From Leucoraja ocellata (Eukaryota): a stretch of 64,000 nucleotides of DNA. Shown here piece by piece: positions 62,901 through 64,000 of the stretch. Numbering within the stretch: the first letter of the stretch is position 1; every line of letters starts with the position of its first letter. The notes below the pieces were generated by a model, which did no database searches, was not told the DNA's origin, and worked only from the letters and a program-made list of their open reading frames with translations. The stretch lies in the NCBI GenBank assembly GCA_036785375.1, contig JAWMAR010000182.1, forward strand, positions 620,001 through 684,000. The letters are read 5' to 3'. A program made the translations under genes and the position numbers.

Positions 62901-63594
62901 TTGAGTATGCAAAATGCTGTACTTTTTATAACAATAAAAATCCTTTGATTGTCCAGATATAGCCAAATTCCATGAATGAATACAAATTCAATTGACCTGC
63001 CCCCATAAAAAGCATTAATTCTAGCAGTCACATATAAACAAGCATGTGATGGTTTGAATATTGGGGAACAAAACTCAACTGAGATGATCACAGGCAAAAT
63101 TCATTATGTTCCAAAAAGAACGGCATTGTGCTTAATTTTCCTAAAGCAGTCTTGTGTACATGTAATAAAAAGCAATGCTGGATATTTCTACCAGTTGTAT
63201 GGGAATTATACTGCTTCAGTCGTGGTTGAATCCCTGCAGAAATAAATTGTTAATGGGTGAACAAGTACATTTCATCTGCTCTATCACACAGACAAGGCAT
63301 AAGGATTCCAATATAGTAAGAGAAAATTATGTTTATCTTTCATCCCATACTTTCAAAAGCTTAATTTGTAGTCAGACTGGTTTGGTGGCATGGACCTTTG
63401 TAAAAAAAATGAATGAGTAGACCACAAATGGGTAGGAAAGTAATGAAAAGGCATTGTTTGGAAAGGGACCTGCTTGTATTTTCCAATTTACACTCAACTC
63501 TCATTAAAAATAGGGATTTATGATAAGATACTTTCACAGACAACAGATAAACTCAACCTACTAACCTCCTTTATGAATGGAGAGTCAACATATA

Positions 63595-63740
63595 TAGCTC
63601 TTAGGGCTAACGGAATTAAGGGATATGGGGAGAAAGCAGGAACTGGGAACTGATTTTGGATGATCAGCCATGAACATATTGAATGGTGGTGCTGGCTTGA
63701 AGGACTGAAGGGCTTACTCCTGCATCTATTTTCTATGTAA
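63595..63740 (+). mobile_element. CR1 3' end
   Basis: GGGATATGGGGAGAAAGCAGGAAC...GATCAGCCATGA...TACTCCTGCATCTATTTTCTATG. Confidence 0.85.
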
Positions 63741-64000
63741 CATTTGATAATCGGGCCACACTCAAAACTGTTTACTTCTCAGTTAATAACCTGTGCATCA
63801 TCTACCAATTTTACACGGAGAAGATAGCTGAGTTTTTGGATCTAATTTACCTAGCCTACATAGTATTCAGGAAATTGGATAATTCTTCAATCCACATTAA
63901 CAAACTTTTCATGGATTAAAACCTGACATGTGGAAATGTTTTGAGAATCAATATTAATGAATAATTATCTCCCTTTTAATACAACTACACACACAATAAT

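Noticed and set aside
1-64000. CRISPR array, operon or prokaryotic defence system
   Set aside because: No regularly spaced repeat-spacer array or gene-dense region; the sequence is vertebrate repeat-rich DNA.

Overview
AT-rich eukaryotic (vertebrate) genomic DNA, not prokaryotic. The repeat inventory points to a cartilaginous fish, probably a skate or ray (inference): CR1 LINEs, HE1/V-SINE-type tRNA SINEs, Rex1/Babar-type LINEs and Penelope-like elements with hammerhead-bearing short repeats. No complete protein-coding gene is visible, and almost all ORF-track entries are chance ORFs or decayed LINE frames. The window is mostly intron-like or intergenic and carries many layered transposon fragments. 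These include about 12 copies of a short Penelope-type repeat with a minimal hammerhead-ribozyme core (several as fold-back inverted pairs with target-site duplications), Penelope RT and GIY-YIG fragments, and a full-length non-autonomous Helitron. There is also a young palindromic MITE and two diverged GC-rich non-autonomous retroposons with a shared architecture. A chain of minus-strand exon-like units ends in a terminal exon with a poly(A) signal near 17385, suggesting the 3' part of an unidentified transcript. Boundaries of old repeats are approximate, and family names come from recalled motifs, not database searches.
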